IMG/VR virus record: IMGVR_UViG_2706795974_000001
Location: 9,753-73,752 of that record
Origin: a virus
Lineage: Duplodnaviria > Caudoviricetes
Length of the DNA: 64,000 nt
Reading direction: 5' to 3' (one strand)
This document shows positions 20,801 through 28,868 of the stretch, piece after piece (within the stretch, counting starts at the first letter, position 1; every line of letters begins with the position of its first letter). The notes below the pieces were generated by a model. It made no database searches. It saw only the letters and a list, made by a program, of their open reading frames with translations, and had not been told where the DNA came from. The translations under genes and the position numbers were made by a program.

Positions 20801-21810
20801 CCACCGCCATTATAAAGGGCATGGATGTCTGGTCGAAGGCCTGGACTCCGGCGATGGTGGATGCGTCTGACGCGACAACTGTTGCCGCGGACAAGGTTGC
20901 CGAGGCTGCCGACAAGCAGACCGCAGGTACGGTCATGCTCAGCAAGAGCCTCGGCAAGTACGACCAGCAGATCAGCGCACTGTCGAAGGCCCTCGTGGCA
21001 TTCTCCAACAGCGCACAGCAGTCTGTGAAGGTCACGGTCAACGTCAAGACTGGCGAGTCTACCACCACAGGCACCAGCAGTGTGGGCACTAACGAGCGTG
21101 GCGAGCAGGTCATCACCGTTGAGGCTCCGACCTTCGAGGCCTGGGCTCCGACGCTCAACGCGATCGCAGACCTCATCGAGGTTCTGCCGAAGGCTGAGCG
21201 TGACTGGGCTGCCGACAATCCGGTCGCTGGCGAGACTGAGCAGCAGCGCAAGATGCGTATTGCCCAGAACAACTTGACCAACTACGCCAAGGGAACCTAC
21301 GGAGTTCTTCAGGAAGTCGGCCCGGTCGCCCTGCGGCACACCGCGATCATTGGCACCGCAGTGGAGAAGCTTGTCAAGGAGGACGCCGCCGCCTGGTCGG
21401 CAGCCCTCGCGGCAATCGCGTCGAACAACCCAGCGGGTTACGCAGTCGCCGTGTTGCTGGTTCTCAAGGAAGTCGCAACGTTGCTTCCCTTGATTTTGGC
21501 AGCCATCCTAGACATTGTTCCCGCGCTAATCCGTGCTATTGTTAGGTTCCTCACTCAGTTTATGCCTGATTCAGTGTTCGCATACGCGGACATGGCTGCA
21601 GCTGAGGCAGCTGTCCAAGAACAGCAAGAGGGCGGAGCGACCGCGATGGGGCAGGGCCAGCGGTACCCGACTGATGCAATGTCAACTTCGAATGGCAACG
21701 AGAGTATCACACTGAACATGTACGGAGACTTGGTTATGCCGAACGTCAGCGACGGCAGCGATGCCAGTGACTTCATTGACCAACTGCGAATCCTGGCAGG
21801 TGGCTCGTGA
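11842..21810 (+). CDS. Tape measure protein (3322 aa) with peptidase-like and lytic transglycosylase domains
   Basis: TTG start; Ala-rich N-terminus; TMP core (LNAVENETGT..DLV.AF.R); W/F 11/22-residue periodic segments; DHPSGLALDI..NHFDHIH; ESSWNPNAQN..AYGLFQF..STW. Confidence 0.95.
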   Translation: MNTTAANILITAQARQAQAQLARMQAALRGLQSTAQGANAAQATAANAAAKQIEAAEAKKANAAARAALAIENSKLREIKAEQASQVAAAKSAAAISVAQTKAAQAAEVAAAKQEASAAKIAAAVEAGAIKQALAAEKMVLAQLRVAAATEAALARQIASDNAAALSAEKRAAAEIAARESTNIATMRAVASAEAAAARKIASDAREALQAQVLANAETGSANKVVTARLRRAAQIAAANLQTINSNNGAAIAAEVAASREAKAARDAALAKIESALKAETSNARTSASNAAAAVSAQVAAIKEIESRAAADMARVNSAAIAAAENAKIVSSDAAVANAAAIAAAKVKVSEAEQAAAAQICAQRTAVAEAEKTAARTAAAAAAAVESSKIAASEARAAAAAETAALKIQAANERIAASNVTAAASTRSWSASMTAAGSRMQWIGKQLSQNFTAPMLLATGIGVKFGLDLEKGMTRLRKVYGDQEMEQYKLRTGIDLVKLETDALRGAVIALSNAYGIQADEVANVAAEWAAAGSSGAALAKQTELTMKTMVLGEMDAEEATKSLIAIQAQWGAVTETVTDKQNKLSLSSRQGAKDQLSLTTILRQLNAVENETGTTMNDLVVAFSRASGVARTAGLDTATLAAATAALVPAAGTAAEAGNALKTIISRTLTPTREASQIMNLMGINTKGAAWQSMNAAQRLAELSKRFGELTGAQKAQVSASLGSRYQVNKLEVLFASLANTTGYYHKALGLLANQSEVVRIAEQELNEVLTSQPQMLQQAGVIIQNSLMKAMVPMIPVVIQITQWIGKMFNAFASLPPGIRTTIVAAGLFLATVGPIIIFLGIFKLALGQLTPAIIFFGKMLLSPITGLVRLAAAMLLPLANVARLGGVLLGLGRIFMAIPAIGMLMVRGVGFAMTGMQAATVVGMAGVRAAWATSWAAMITFQTVAGIAMTTRQAVIFTLMLAAQNVWAAASLAIQKGWGAAWVALTAIWKAADLAIRSTYAATVVAAQATWQALSLAGQRAWAAAWIALTAGWAAAGRMMAVAFGFGQLAIQKAWQAASLVLSAAFWKKAWGIFAAGNRGLLAIVAGGGKALLALFASPWAIAIAVVIGLLVLFRKQIKAAWNNILNYFRNIPKETAASLSPLTNLFVKAKNGIVRAFNALPEGVKNAMLKVVSIVAMAARKVYELFSYLNPFARHSPSLVENVTNGMAVVNQQFANAARNATSHINSIHKAIKSLDGASIGLKNQNSQADRAEFEDTATKAGVGAALPAYDALQREVEQSKKYMDQLNASIKAQEAHLKRIKTAVEQYDAVIEEMNSSLETTKAIQDSVNTALDGAKARYERFSNAQIEGTQAAEDAIFSNTMAQKRLQLQIAKMEEESGTIDSVTDSYSKLQGEIENLTAKQTELRKAGAGSDILGTYDKMIADLKSQQSGLITGGADSPAGKIAALQSSLEKLQKQAEIMDLEKALKFDSLNRNLEKFKSNVEEMPYGQIMSGLDQSRQSVNSLQFAYDTLDTVMAGQQARIDAMQAQRDALQKTYDAEEKKLEAVREQYSSVEEAVRSGEQALDDFSSAAEEAVRRQEEAARAAEETSKKLKEKKGGGAGDGESDLSPGAQNFIDAAAGDFETFGGGATISREGGPGSQVAEIDQFTNDLTKGLEESLGSMNPFTPLKNAWNKTVSWFQGVAPGIGDVFSNVGSSIRGAFGGNQEEGIRKITEAFKNSNMSVEEYKKALDAIGADSSYNARMKYIQEDTSFFGSLWDSVWGKIGGPVKKVWGVVENFGKLIGGLFGDDLKTTLSELGNGFSGIFDKIKGPIQNFIDTIIPALSVAAQHLAPVFGAVILVLEVLWEVINGAIGPVFSWLGDIIGAVINIITGVIKVIMGAMKVIQGVVQVIIGLFKGLFTMDWGMFIDGLKNIFGGFGDMFGGIVDIVKGIFVAIWSTIKNAGKLIWNVVWGLVKGVIDFFVHLWDVLVGHSIIPDMVKAIIDWFLQLPGRVLSMVWNFILKLIGFFASLPGRILSAIATLGSILWNGISAAFTWLVDNGPGLLLGFLTFIGTIPLKVIETLAGFGMKLFEWAKAGFQFMVDKGPDILMGVLNWIGGIEWKLINGLLGFGQKLWDWMKGAWQWVVDKGGDIIAPVLNYFKELPGNFIRGLGNIGSKLWEWMKGGWDFLVNDFPNIIKGALDFIGGIPGKFLRRLGNGLTVMYNYGKDIIQGLMNGAGELLKKLGDWFLDKVPGWIKTPFKKALGIASPSKVFAGYGENIGEGLIVGIGNMQGQVEQASIAMAAAADKGEVGGISVSAVADTSSVGGTVSALEGAVAASGPVGVDTAASGPADIQPMLDAAIAAFESFDSTMQSKMAAFIAAVQVMFASMVSAVLATLSQVSIGGTTSFTQLQTSVLAIVTAMVAAVNAQLQQLISYVNQFGVQLTTAWASAWSAWRSETTAGVDHTLDEWQRMADGMRSVFDNGIAPIFEDIGTMYTTLEGATRTTVDNVGTTWAEVETKTKKPAGIVINEVYNKGLRGAWNKFNKFLGVDELPEFTVAYRTGGPVWGSGNGTSDSVNARLSRGEHVITAKEVEGAGGHKAVMQVRQMWRAGLPAYAMGGPVDPKAPPWPGEANLKPAAILARRNIHKYWPMVREIGGYRPSDPYPDHPSGLALDIMVGNSNPVGDEINEWLHRNMVPLALNYTIWKQFYRPAGGVGNLMEDRGSITQNHFDHIHALFNDNGVPGIKTGGIGGSSGGAPIDYEKIVRESFKADMDEVRKSLPVIPGGIGQWPKVSADVAEKMALKHLLPIAKKMSISTGSTASAWAGAPDASVVEKVKAAVAMYGWDQGAEWEALNQLIGHESSWNPNAQNPSSTAYGLFQFLDSTWATVGGTKTSDPYLQAVYGARYIKNRYGSPSAAWAFWQNPQPNPYGGNWYDNGGYLQPGSQIVHNQTGGPEPVLTAVQWAAMFDLASRPPVTEDTLQDAVEKANIATGNTDDATTTAIIKGMDVWSKAWTPAMVDASDATTVAADKVAEAADKQTAGTVMLSKSLGKYDQQISALSKALVAFSNSAQQSVKVTVNVKTGESTTTGTSSVGTNERGEQVITVEAPTFEAWAPTLNAIADLIEVLPKAERDWAADNPVAGETEQQRKMRIAQNNLTNYAKGTYGVLQEVGPVALRHTAIIGTAVEKLVKEDAAAWSAALAAIASNNPAGYAVAVLLVLKEVATLLPLILAAILDIVPALIRAIVRFLTQFMPDSVFAYADMAAAEAAVQEQQEGGATAMGQGQRYPTDAMSTSNGNESITLNMYGDLVMPNVSDGSDASDFIDQLRILAGGS

Positions 21811-24338
21811 GTCGGATCATCCATCGGCCCAACCAGGCCGTAGACTACGGCACGGTAGAGACCAACGGGTCAGGCAACGTCCTCGGCGACAACAACAACA
21901 GTACCCGCAAGCAATACTACGAGGACTCGGGCAGCATCCTGCTGTACCCGACCTTCGATCCGGGTGCTGTGCCCACAGGGCGAAGCATCATTGCGGTCCG
22001 AGCGGGACACAAGCAGCAGAACGGTGGTTCGCTGCTGGTACTGCACAACGGCTGGGTGATGGGCTACCTCCGCATCAACGGTCAGCGGTACGGCAAGACG
22101 CGCGCTTACAAGCAGGACGGCTACAGTACCAGCGTGCGCGAGGTCGAGGGCGAGGCGCTGTACAATACGGGGTTCAAGCCCTGGACGGCAGCCGACATCA
22201 ACAAGATGACGACCGATGTCGGCGCAGCCACCGGCGAGTTCGGTCCGAACAAGAAGAAGTTGTGGTGTATCTGCAACGAGTCGTACATCATCTTGGTGAT
22301 CGACGACGACGTTCAGGTTCCCACTATCAACTACCCCCCGCACGCCTCTACCATTGCAACGAGCTCGGTTGACTTTAAGGGCAACGTCGTTGTCACCCAG
22401 CCCGAGCAGCCGGTGGGCTGCGTGTTTCAGGTGAGCCGCTCGCAGTACTTTGATGACGACACGGTACAGACGTTCGTCGGCGGGCTCGTGCAGACCAATG
22501 GCAACACTAGCAACTTCGACTCGAAGGTTGGCGAAGACTCGTACACCAACCTAGGCCCCGGTCGCTGGTATGTCCGAGTCAAGGGCAAGGACTACCGAGG
22601 CGTCGAGTCCCCGTGGGGCGACACGACATACTTCGACATCGTTCACGCAGCGCTTCCTGTTCCACAGGTGAACAACCCTGGGCCGGACTCCATGAAGAAT
22701 ACTCCATACGGATACCGGGAGGCGACCTTTGCAATTGACCCTCCAGGCGAGCGTTACGTCGGCATTGAGTGGCAGTTTAGCAAGGTGTCTGACTTTAGTA
22801 GCGGTGTTATCTCGTGGAAGAATAACGCCGTCGGTCGGTACAACAAGGGTCCTGTCGGTTACACCGCAGACCCTGATCCCAGTGTTACCCCCGGTCTGCA
22901 CGGAGACAAGGTCTCGACCGACGACCCAGACCAGTACCTGACACAGGGAACTTGGTACGTGCGCGCCAGAGCTGTGGACGTGTGGGAGCAGACCGGCAAC
23001 TGGTCTACCCCGCACTCGTTCACCGTCTCGCACCCGCCGACCGTGCAGCAGCCCTGGCCTGACGCGGGCAAGGCGTTCGACGACGATGCCTTCCCGGTGC
23101 GCTGGCAGTTCGGCGACGCCTGGAAGGGTGACGTGCAGAGCGCATATCGAGTCATCGTGCGCGATCCCACGAACACCACAGTCATCCACGACACCACCAA
23201 GATCGAGAGTCCGTTCAACACGGCGAAGGTGACGATCCCCGACGCCTGGCTAGAGCAGACGCTGAACCTGTCGATTCAGGTGTGGGACCGCGACGACGTT
23301 GCGAGTACAGTCTGGACAGGTACGTTCCGTCATTCGAAGGCCCCCTTCATCACCCTGCCGTATCCAGAGCCTGACGAGGCCATCATCACCGGCCAGCCGA
23401 ACCTGACCTGGTCGGCAACCTTCGCGCCTGGGCAGTCGCAGAAGTCTTACCACATCGCGTTCATCCGAAGGGATACCGGGGTGATCGAGTGGAAGATGAA
23501 GACCCCAGCCCTCTCATCTGACATGTTCTGGAACGCCCCCTCGGTGGTCCTGAAGAATGTCAGCGCCTACCAGTTGGCGTTGACGGTTACAGATACGCAG
23601 GACCTGTACACGACGCTGCTGCGGAACTTCAGCACCGATTACGTGCGGCCTCCACAGATATACTGCTCGGTGTTCGTGGCGAACTACGAGGAAGATGGAT
23701 ACGTCAAGCTGCTGTGGCCAGCGACTACCGTCGACCCGCAGTTCGTAGAGTACCGTCTCTACCGTCGCAACGTGGACATCGAAGATGCTACGTGGGAGCA
23801 GATCGGAACAGTTACTGATCCCGAGCAGTGGGAGTTTCACGACTGGAGCACGTCGGGTCCGTACCGCTACCAGTTCGCCATCACGCAGGTGGTCATGCTC
23901 TACGGAGCGCTGGTGGAATCTCTGCCAGACGAGTACGGAGAGATCGTGCAGGTTCAGTCCAGTCACTACTGGCTGATCTCGCCGAACAACGAGGAGCTTA
24001 ACACCAAGCTCTACCACATCACCGACGACAAGTATGTCAGCAAGCTGGAGTCCAGCTCGCACGACATCATCGGTGGTGGCACTCGGTTTAACTTCGGAAA
24101 GCCAATTGGCATTGAGGGCTCCCTGTCTGGTTCCATCAAGGGTGGCTCGCCTGTCACAGTGAAGCAGGCCCGCGAGCGGATCGAGCGAATCCAGACCGAG
24201 ATGCAGTGGTGCTACCTGCGCGACCCTTTCGGTAACTACACCAAGGTGGCACTGGGGGAGATCTCGATCGGTCGCATACCGGGTGTCGGTACATCCGAGT
24301 TCGTTGACATCGAGATTCCTTACACCGAGGTGAAGTGA
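21807..24338 (+). CDS. Minor tail protein with tandem Ig/FN3-like domains and distal-tail-like C-terminus
   Basis: Immediately after the TMP; repeated WYVRVKG/WYVRARA and LTWSA FN3-like strands. Confidence 0.75.
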   Translation: MSRIIHRPNQAVDYGTVETNGSGNVLGDNNNSTRKQYYEDSGSILLYPTFDPGAVPTGRSIIAVRAGHKQQNGGSLLVLHNGWVMGYLRINGQRYGKTRAYKQDGYSTSVREVEGEALYNTGFKPWTAADINKMTTDVGAATGEFGPNKKKLWCICNESYIILVIDDDVQVPTINYPPHASTIATSSVDFKGNVVVTQPEQPVGCVFQVSRSQYFDDDTVQTFVGGLVQTNGNTSNFDSKVGEDSYTNLGPGRWYVRVKGKDYRGVESPWGDTTYFDIVHAALPVPQVNNPGPDSMKNTPYGYREATFAIDPPGERYVGIEWQFSKVSDFSSGVISWKNNAVGRYNKGPVGYTADPDPSVTPGLHGDKVSTDDPDQYLTQGTWYVRARAVDVWEQTGNWSTPHSFTVSHPPTVQQPWPDAGKAFDDDAFPVRWQFGDAWKGDVQSAYRVIVRDPTNTTVIHDTTKIESPFNTAKVTIPDAWLEQTLNLSIQVWDRDDVASTVWTGTFRHSKAPFITLPYPEPDEAIITGQPNLTWSATFAPGQSQKSYHIAFIRRDTGVIEWKMKTPALSSDMFWNAPSVVLKNVSAYQLALTVTDTQDLYTTLLRNFSTDYVRPPQIYCSVFVANYEEDGYVKLLWPATTVDPQFVEYRLYRRNVDIEDATWEQIGTVTDPEQWEFHDWSTSGPYRYQFAITQVVMLYGALVESLPDEYGEIVQVQSSHYWLISPNNEELNTKLYHITDDKYVSKLESSSHDIIGGGTRFNFGKPIGIEGSLSGSIKGGSPVTVKQARERIERIQTEMQWCYLRDPFGNYTKVALGEISIGRIPGVGTSEFVDIEIPYTEVK

Positions 24339-26077
24339 TGGCGAACCCACCTCGCGAGGATATTCAGCGCGCGTTCCTCGAGCCCACCGTCCAGGTCATC
24401 CGCCGCCTGGAGATTTACGAAGAGGACGGCGAGACCCCCTGGCGGCAGGACATCTGGGACGATCTGCTTGTTAGCGGTTCGGTGAGCCTTGACTACAACC
24501 GAGACGAGCGCCGCGCATTCGATGTAGAGCTCGACAATAGCTACGGGGACCTCAACCCCAAGGCCGGTGAGCTGTGGTACGACAAGCGATTCAAACTGTA
24601 CTACGGCATCGAGCTCAACCAGAGTGACCGTGGCCCGAGGGTCGCAATCGTTGAGCAGTACCTGGCCAACGGGCAGGCCGAGGAACTCAAGAGACACCTG
24701 TCAATGAACGGGATCACCGAGGTTCACTACCTACCGTCGGCGACTGACTACGAGCACGTGCAGAACTATGACGTGCTCGTAGCCATCTCTTCTACCAGCA
24801 TTCAGAAGATCGCTTTCCTAAATCAGTGCTACAACCGTGGCAAGGGAATCGTTACCTTCTCTAACGATCAGACATCATCGTCAATGCCGTCTATCATCGG
24901 TAATGCGGGTGTGGAAACGGTCGTTCCCGCGTCGGAGCGCAATTATGCTCCAATTGCGGGCGCGTCGGACCTATCCGTAGGGTGGGACGATTGGAGTACG
25001 GATGATGTTAAGGCGTTCCGCAAGGTGCTCGCACCAGCGTCGGGCGCAAAGACAATCGCAACAGTTGATGACGGCACCGGCCAGTGGGTTGGGGCTGTCG
25101 CTCGGGAGGACTCCAACAATAGGCGGTGGGTGCACACCACGCTCTCGCACTTCGGGGAGGGTGTGCTTGGGTCTGACTACGAATCGTTCGGACGCTATGC
25201 GTCTCGAATCGTGTCGTGGACTTCAGCGTACGAGGCCCTCGACTTTTGGGAGATTCAGCTCGGCGAGTTCATGGCCGACTCAATCTCGGTGGGGGGTTCC
25301 TATGCAACAGTCAGTATCAGTGGACGTGATCTAACCAAGCTTTGTCAGCAGTCGAAGTTCGTAACCTCGACTACATTTACCAAAGACACGCCTATCGAGA
25401 GCGTCGTCAAGACTGTCGCAACGAACGCAGGAATCTCCAAGTTCAGATTGCCGATTACCGGCAAGGCTCTAGACAAGGACATGACTTGGGAGCGCGACAC
25501 TGCTCGCTGGGATGTGATTCGTGATGTCAGTAACTCTAACAGCTACGAGGTCTTCTTCGATAACGAGGGCTATCTCGTCATGCGTGAGTTCCGTGATCCG
25601 CTCACCACTCCGGCCACTCTTGAGCTTAGCACTGGCGTGGGAGGTAATCTCGTATCTCGTGGCGGGAAGACCTCCGACTCAAATCTTTTCAATCACATTG
25701 TTGTTGTTGGCGAATCTTCTGATTCATCGACTCCACCTGTGTATGCAGAGGCGATTAATACTTCTCCGACTTCGCCAACGAGTGTGTCAGAGATCGGGGA
25801 CCGAGTCTCAATCATTACCTCGAGCCTCGTAACCACCATCGCCAAGGCGCAGGAGTATGCTGACGCACTGCTCGCGGTGTCGGCGCTCGAGGAGTTCGAG
25901 CTATCATTCGAGTCCACACTCCTGCCGTGGATTGAAGTCGGAGACATCGTAGAGATGGCGCGCTCCGACGACCGTTACTGGGGGCCAGACCGTTACCTGC
26001 TTACGAGTCTGTCGTTCCCGCTGGACCTGTCCCCGATGTCTGGGTCCGGTAAGAGAACAGAAAAGGTAGAGGGCTGA
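24338..26077 (+). CDS. Minor tail protein (baseplate hub/Tal-like) with an inserted alpha/beta domain
   Basis: Hub motifs GSVSLDYNRDERRAF, ISGRDLTK, RWDVIRDV, VFFDNEGYLV and LLPWIEVGDIV. Confidence 0.75.
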   Translation: MANPPREDIQRAFLEPTVQVIRRLEIYEEDGETPWRQDIWDDLLVSGSVSLDYNRDERRAFDVELDNSYGDLNPKAGELWYDKRFKLYYGIELNQSDRGPRVAIVEQYLANGQAEELKRHLSMNGITEVHYLPSATDYEHVQNYDVLVAISSTSIQKIAFLNQCYNRGKGIVTFSNDQTSSSMPSIIGNAGVETVVPASERNYAPIAGASDLSVGWDDWSTDDVKAFRKVLAPASGAKTIATVDDGTGQWVGAVAREDSNNRRWVHTTLSHFGEGVLGSDYESFGRYASRIVSWTSAYEALDFWEIQLGEFMADSISVGGSYATVSISGRDLTKLCQQSKFVTSTTFTKDTPIESVVKTVATNAGISKFRLPITGKALDKDMTWERDTARWDVIRDVSNSNSYEVFFDNEGYLVMREFRDPLTTPATLELSTGVGGNLVSRGGKTSDSNLFNHIVVVGESSDSSTPPVYAEAINTSPTSPTSVSEIGDRVSIITSSLVTTIAKAQEYADALLAVSALEEFELSFESTLLPWIEVGDIVEMARSDDRYWGPDRYLLTSLSFPLDLSPMSGSGKRTEKVEG

Positions 26078-28098
26078 TGGCTACAGGCTTTGGCGAATGG
26101 GGCAATAGCGTCAAGGTCCACCAGGTGCTGCAGCAGATCGCTCGCAATGAAGTAGAGCGTTTGCGACCGGCGTCGCGGTTGGCCGAGGTGACGAGCATTG
26201 ACCAAGAAGCAAAGAAGGTGATGGTCAAGTTCGTTGGTGAGACCAACGAGGTTCCAGTACCCTTCAATTCCACTGCGCCTGCGAACATCGGGCAGTGGGT
26301 CCGAGTTGGTGGAACAACTCACGATCGCTATGTGGAAGATGTCATCGGAGAGAGTGCAACCGACCGCAGACTTGGGTTCGCCGAGGAGCAGATCGGCGCA
26401 CTGCTAGCCGAGGTTGTCGGCCCGGACTACTCGCAGAAGGATGCCGAGGAGTTGGGCACCACCATCGGCGAGTACTTCGAGAGCGTCGGCGGGGACGTAG
26501 ACCTCACAGGGTTAGAGCAAGCGATCGGCGGTGGCTACTCCGGCAGCGATGAAAAGCTCAACAGCATTCAGGGCCTAATCGCCCGCATCCGCCGACTGGC
26601 TGGCGGTATCGTAAGTCCAAACCGCATTCCCCAGCTCAACGTCGGAGCTATCACCAATGAGCCGGGTGCGAACCTGCTGTCCTCCTTCGGTGGTTTCAAC
26701 AGCGCTGATGCAATCACCGGGGATGGCATCTGGGCATTCGATCCAGACGTCGGTAAAGAACAGCCCGGTTCCGCTCGGACCACTGGTAACGGCACACTGC
26801 GAATCCTTTCATCCGAGGCTATCGCAGTATCCCCCGGCCAGGTCCTAGAGATTGGGGGCTGGGTCAAGTGGCAAGACGTCTCGGCAACCGGCTCCGCGTT
26901 TCGACTGCTCGTAGTTCCCTACGTCGGTGTGGGCTCCTTGTCTCCAGTAGAGATCGGCAAGGTTACCTCCCCGGCTGCCAGCGGAGAGAACACCTTCGCC
27001 CCGACGAGCTGGACAGTACCTGCGAGCGTTGACTATGTGCGCGTTCGTATCACGGTCGAAGCAACTGTTGCCTCGGGCACGGTGTGGTGGGATGATCTGG
27101 TTCTTCGCAAGGCTGGCACAACACTCCCTCAGACTTATGTTGGAGGCTTGGCGCAGAAGCTGATTGAACTTGATGACAACGACACTGGGCTCGACGACGC
27201 AATCGGCAACCTCGCAAAGAACATCAACGATGCTGTGAACGCAACCGTCGAAGATGTTGGTGAAGGTGTTGGCGACATCCTCCAAACCTTCTTTACCATC
27301 TTCAACCTTAACCGTCAGTCCAAGGCTGCTGAGGCTGCTGCCCTCGAAGCGAAGCAGATTCTCGCCGCGATGAACAATCAGGAAGAGACCGGCGGCGAGG
27401 GCATGGCCTGGGCTGTAGACTTCCCCAACGGCAACAACGATCCCCTGCCATCAGGCGATTGGCAGAACGTCTACAACATCGTACTTCGCACCGAGGGCGG
27501 AGCAGGCGCTCCCGGCTCGGGTGGCGCAACCCCCGGCTGGGCGGTCACGACGCGCACCACAAACTCGGATGCCCAGAAGTGTTCGTTCATTATCTCGTAT
27601 ATCAACGGCTCCGATCAGGAGTCGGGCTGCATGGTCAGGGCCACGTCCAACCTGTCATCGGCAGTGATGTGTACAGTTCGAGAGAATGGCAAGCTGTTCC
27701 TTGGTCGCGTCTCGGTGTCGGGCACTTCGATCAGTGTTCTGAATACATTCCTGAATGTCACCCACTCCGCAGGCTTCAAGGTGGGCGACCAGGTGGAGGT
27801 TAGGTGTAACGGTACTTACTACTACATCTACAAGAACGGCAAGCAGATCTACTCGTACAACGACACCGGCAACGTGGTTCCAGTCGGAGCCTCCAATCGC
27901 TACTGCGGTATGTACATGGAGCGCGAGCAGGTTCTGCTCATCATGTACACGTCGCCTCGGTTCGCTTCGTTCTACATGTCAGACTGGTACATCCCGCCAG
28001 GCGGTCCGATCAACGGACTCTGGCAGGGGTCGCTGATTCAGTACAACGCCCTAACCACCAAGCTGGACACGGTGGCCTACTTCATCACCCCGGCGTAG
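26077..28098 (+). CDS. Minor tail protein: OB-fold tip domain plus carbohydrate-binding modules (receptor-binding candidate)
   Basis: N-terminal gp5/gpV-like OB motif; CBM-like NLLSSFGGF...VWWDDLVL; ConA-like C-terminus. Confidence 0.65.
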   Translation: MATGFGEWGNSVKVHQVLQQIARNEVERLRPASRLAEVTSIDQEAKKVMVKFVGETNEVPVPFNSTAPANIGQWVRVGGTTHDRYVEDVIGESATDRRLGFAEEQIGALLAEVVGPDYSQKDAEELGTTIGEYFESVGGDVDLTGLEQAIGGGYSGSDEKLNSIQGLIARIRRLAGGIVSPNRIPQLNVGAITNEPGANLLSSFGGFNSADAITGDGIWAFDPDVGKEQPGSARTTGNGTLRILSSEAIAVSPGQVLEIGGWVKWQDVSATGSAFRLLVVPYVGVGSLSPVEIGKVTSPAASGENTFAPTSWTVPASVDYVRVRITVEATVASGTVWWDDLVLRKAGTTLPQTYVGGLAQKLIELDDNDTGLDDAIGNLAKNINDAVNATVEDVGEGVGDILQTFFTIFNLNRQSKAAEAAALEAKQILAAMNNQEETGGEGMAWAVDFPNGNNDPLPSGDWQNVYNIVLRTEGGAGAPGSGGATPGWAVTTRTTNSDAQKCSFIISYINGSDQESGCMVRATSNLSSAVMCTVRENGKLFLGRVSVSGTSISVLNTFLNVTHSAGFKVGDQVEVRCNGTYYYIYKNGKQIYSYNDTGNVVPVGASNRYCGMYMEREQVLLIMYTSPRFASFYMSDWYIPPGGPINGLWQGSLIQYNALTTKLDTVAYFITPA

Positions 28099-28100
28099 CC

Positions 28101-28688
28101 ATGGCAGAGCCGATTGAAACTGGGTCACGAACATCGAGTGGTTCCTACTCTCTCGCTGTTCCAAGCTGGGCTGATGTCATCGACTATGTTATAGTAGGCG
28201 GCGGCGGGGCAGGCAGCGATGGAACCTCGTACGGTTCCGGCTCGGATGGTCCGGATGGTGAGGTTTACTTCGGTTCAGTGAGGGTTCGTCCTGGATCGAC
28301 GCTGGCCTGCTCTGTGGCAACGAACAGCGCGAGCAGTAACACTACGATCAACTTCGTCTCCTACACTGCCAGCTCCGCTTCAGGTCCGAGAAAGTCCAGC
28401 AACATTGTCAATGTCACACCAGTAATCGAGGGTGATCCGGCATCTGGGGCTTGGGCGTGCGACATTGGCACTGCTGGCAACGGCGGCGCTGGCGGATCAA
28501 GCGGCGTCGTCGGCGAGCCAGGGTCCGGCTCGCCTGGTAGAGCCGGCGGTCTGTTCTGGAGGTTCAGGAAGGCCGCCCAGGTGCCGAGGCTGGGATCGAA
28601 GCGTGCGCAAGATATATACATCGGCACAAAGAAAGTCGATGCTATATACATAGGCACGAAGAAGGTCTGGGAAAAGCCAGTCAACTAG
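28101..28688 (+). CDS. Glycine-rich minor tail protein
   Basis: VPSWADVIDYVIVGGGGAG; C-terminal IYIGTKKV duplicated. Confidence 0.65.
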   Translation: MAEPIETGSRTSSGSYSLAVPSWADVIDYVIVGGGGAGSDGTSYGSGSDGPDGEVYFGSVRVRPGSTLACSVATNSASSNTTINFVSYTASSASGPRKSSNIVNVTPVIEGDPASGAWACDIGTAGNGGAGGSSGVVGEPGSGSPGRAGGLFWRFRKAAQVPRLGSKRAQDIYIGTKKVDAIYIGTKKVWEKPVN

Positions 28689-28697
28689 GAGGTAACA

Positions 28698-28868
28698 ATG
28701 TCTGACATCACTTTCACCCACCCCGAAGTCAACGGGGTAACGTTCACGCTCAGCGCTGACCAGGGGCAGCAGTCAAGTATGCTGACGCTTCGTGGGTACA
28801 GCGATGACATGAAGGACGAGTTCGGCAACCCGAAGCTCCTCCTCGAGGTAGGCTTCCCGAACCCATGA
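28698..28868 (+). CDS. Small hypothetical protein (56 aa, not in the ORF track)
   Basis: RBS AGGAGG; MSDITFTHPEVNGVTF...EVGFPNP; TGA overlaps the next ATG. Confidence 0.7.
   Translation: MSDITFTHPEVNGVTFTLSADQGQQSSMLTLRGYSDDMKDEFGNPKLLLEVGFPNP

Noticed and set aside
18763-21339. 858-aa minus-strand ORF (also 16464-18254 and 13600-15018)
   Set aside because: Antisense shadows of the tape measure.
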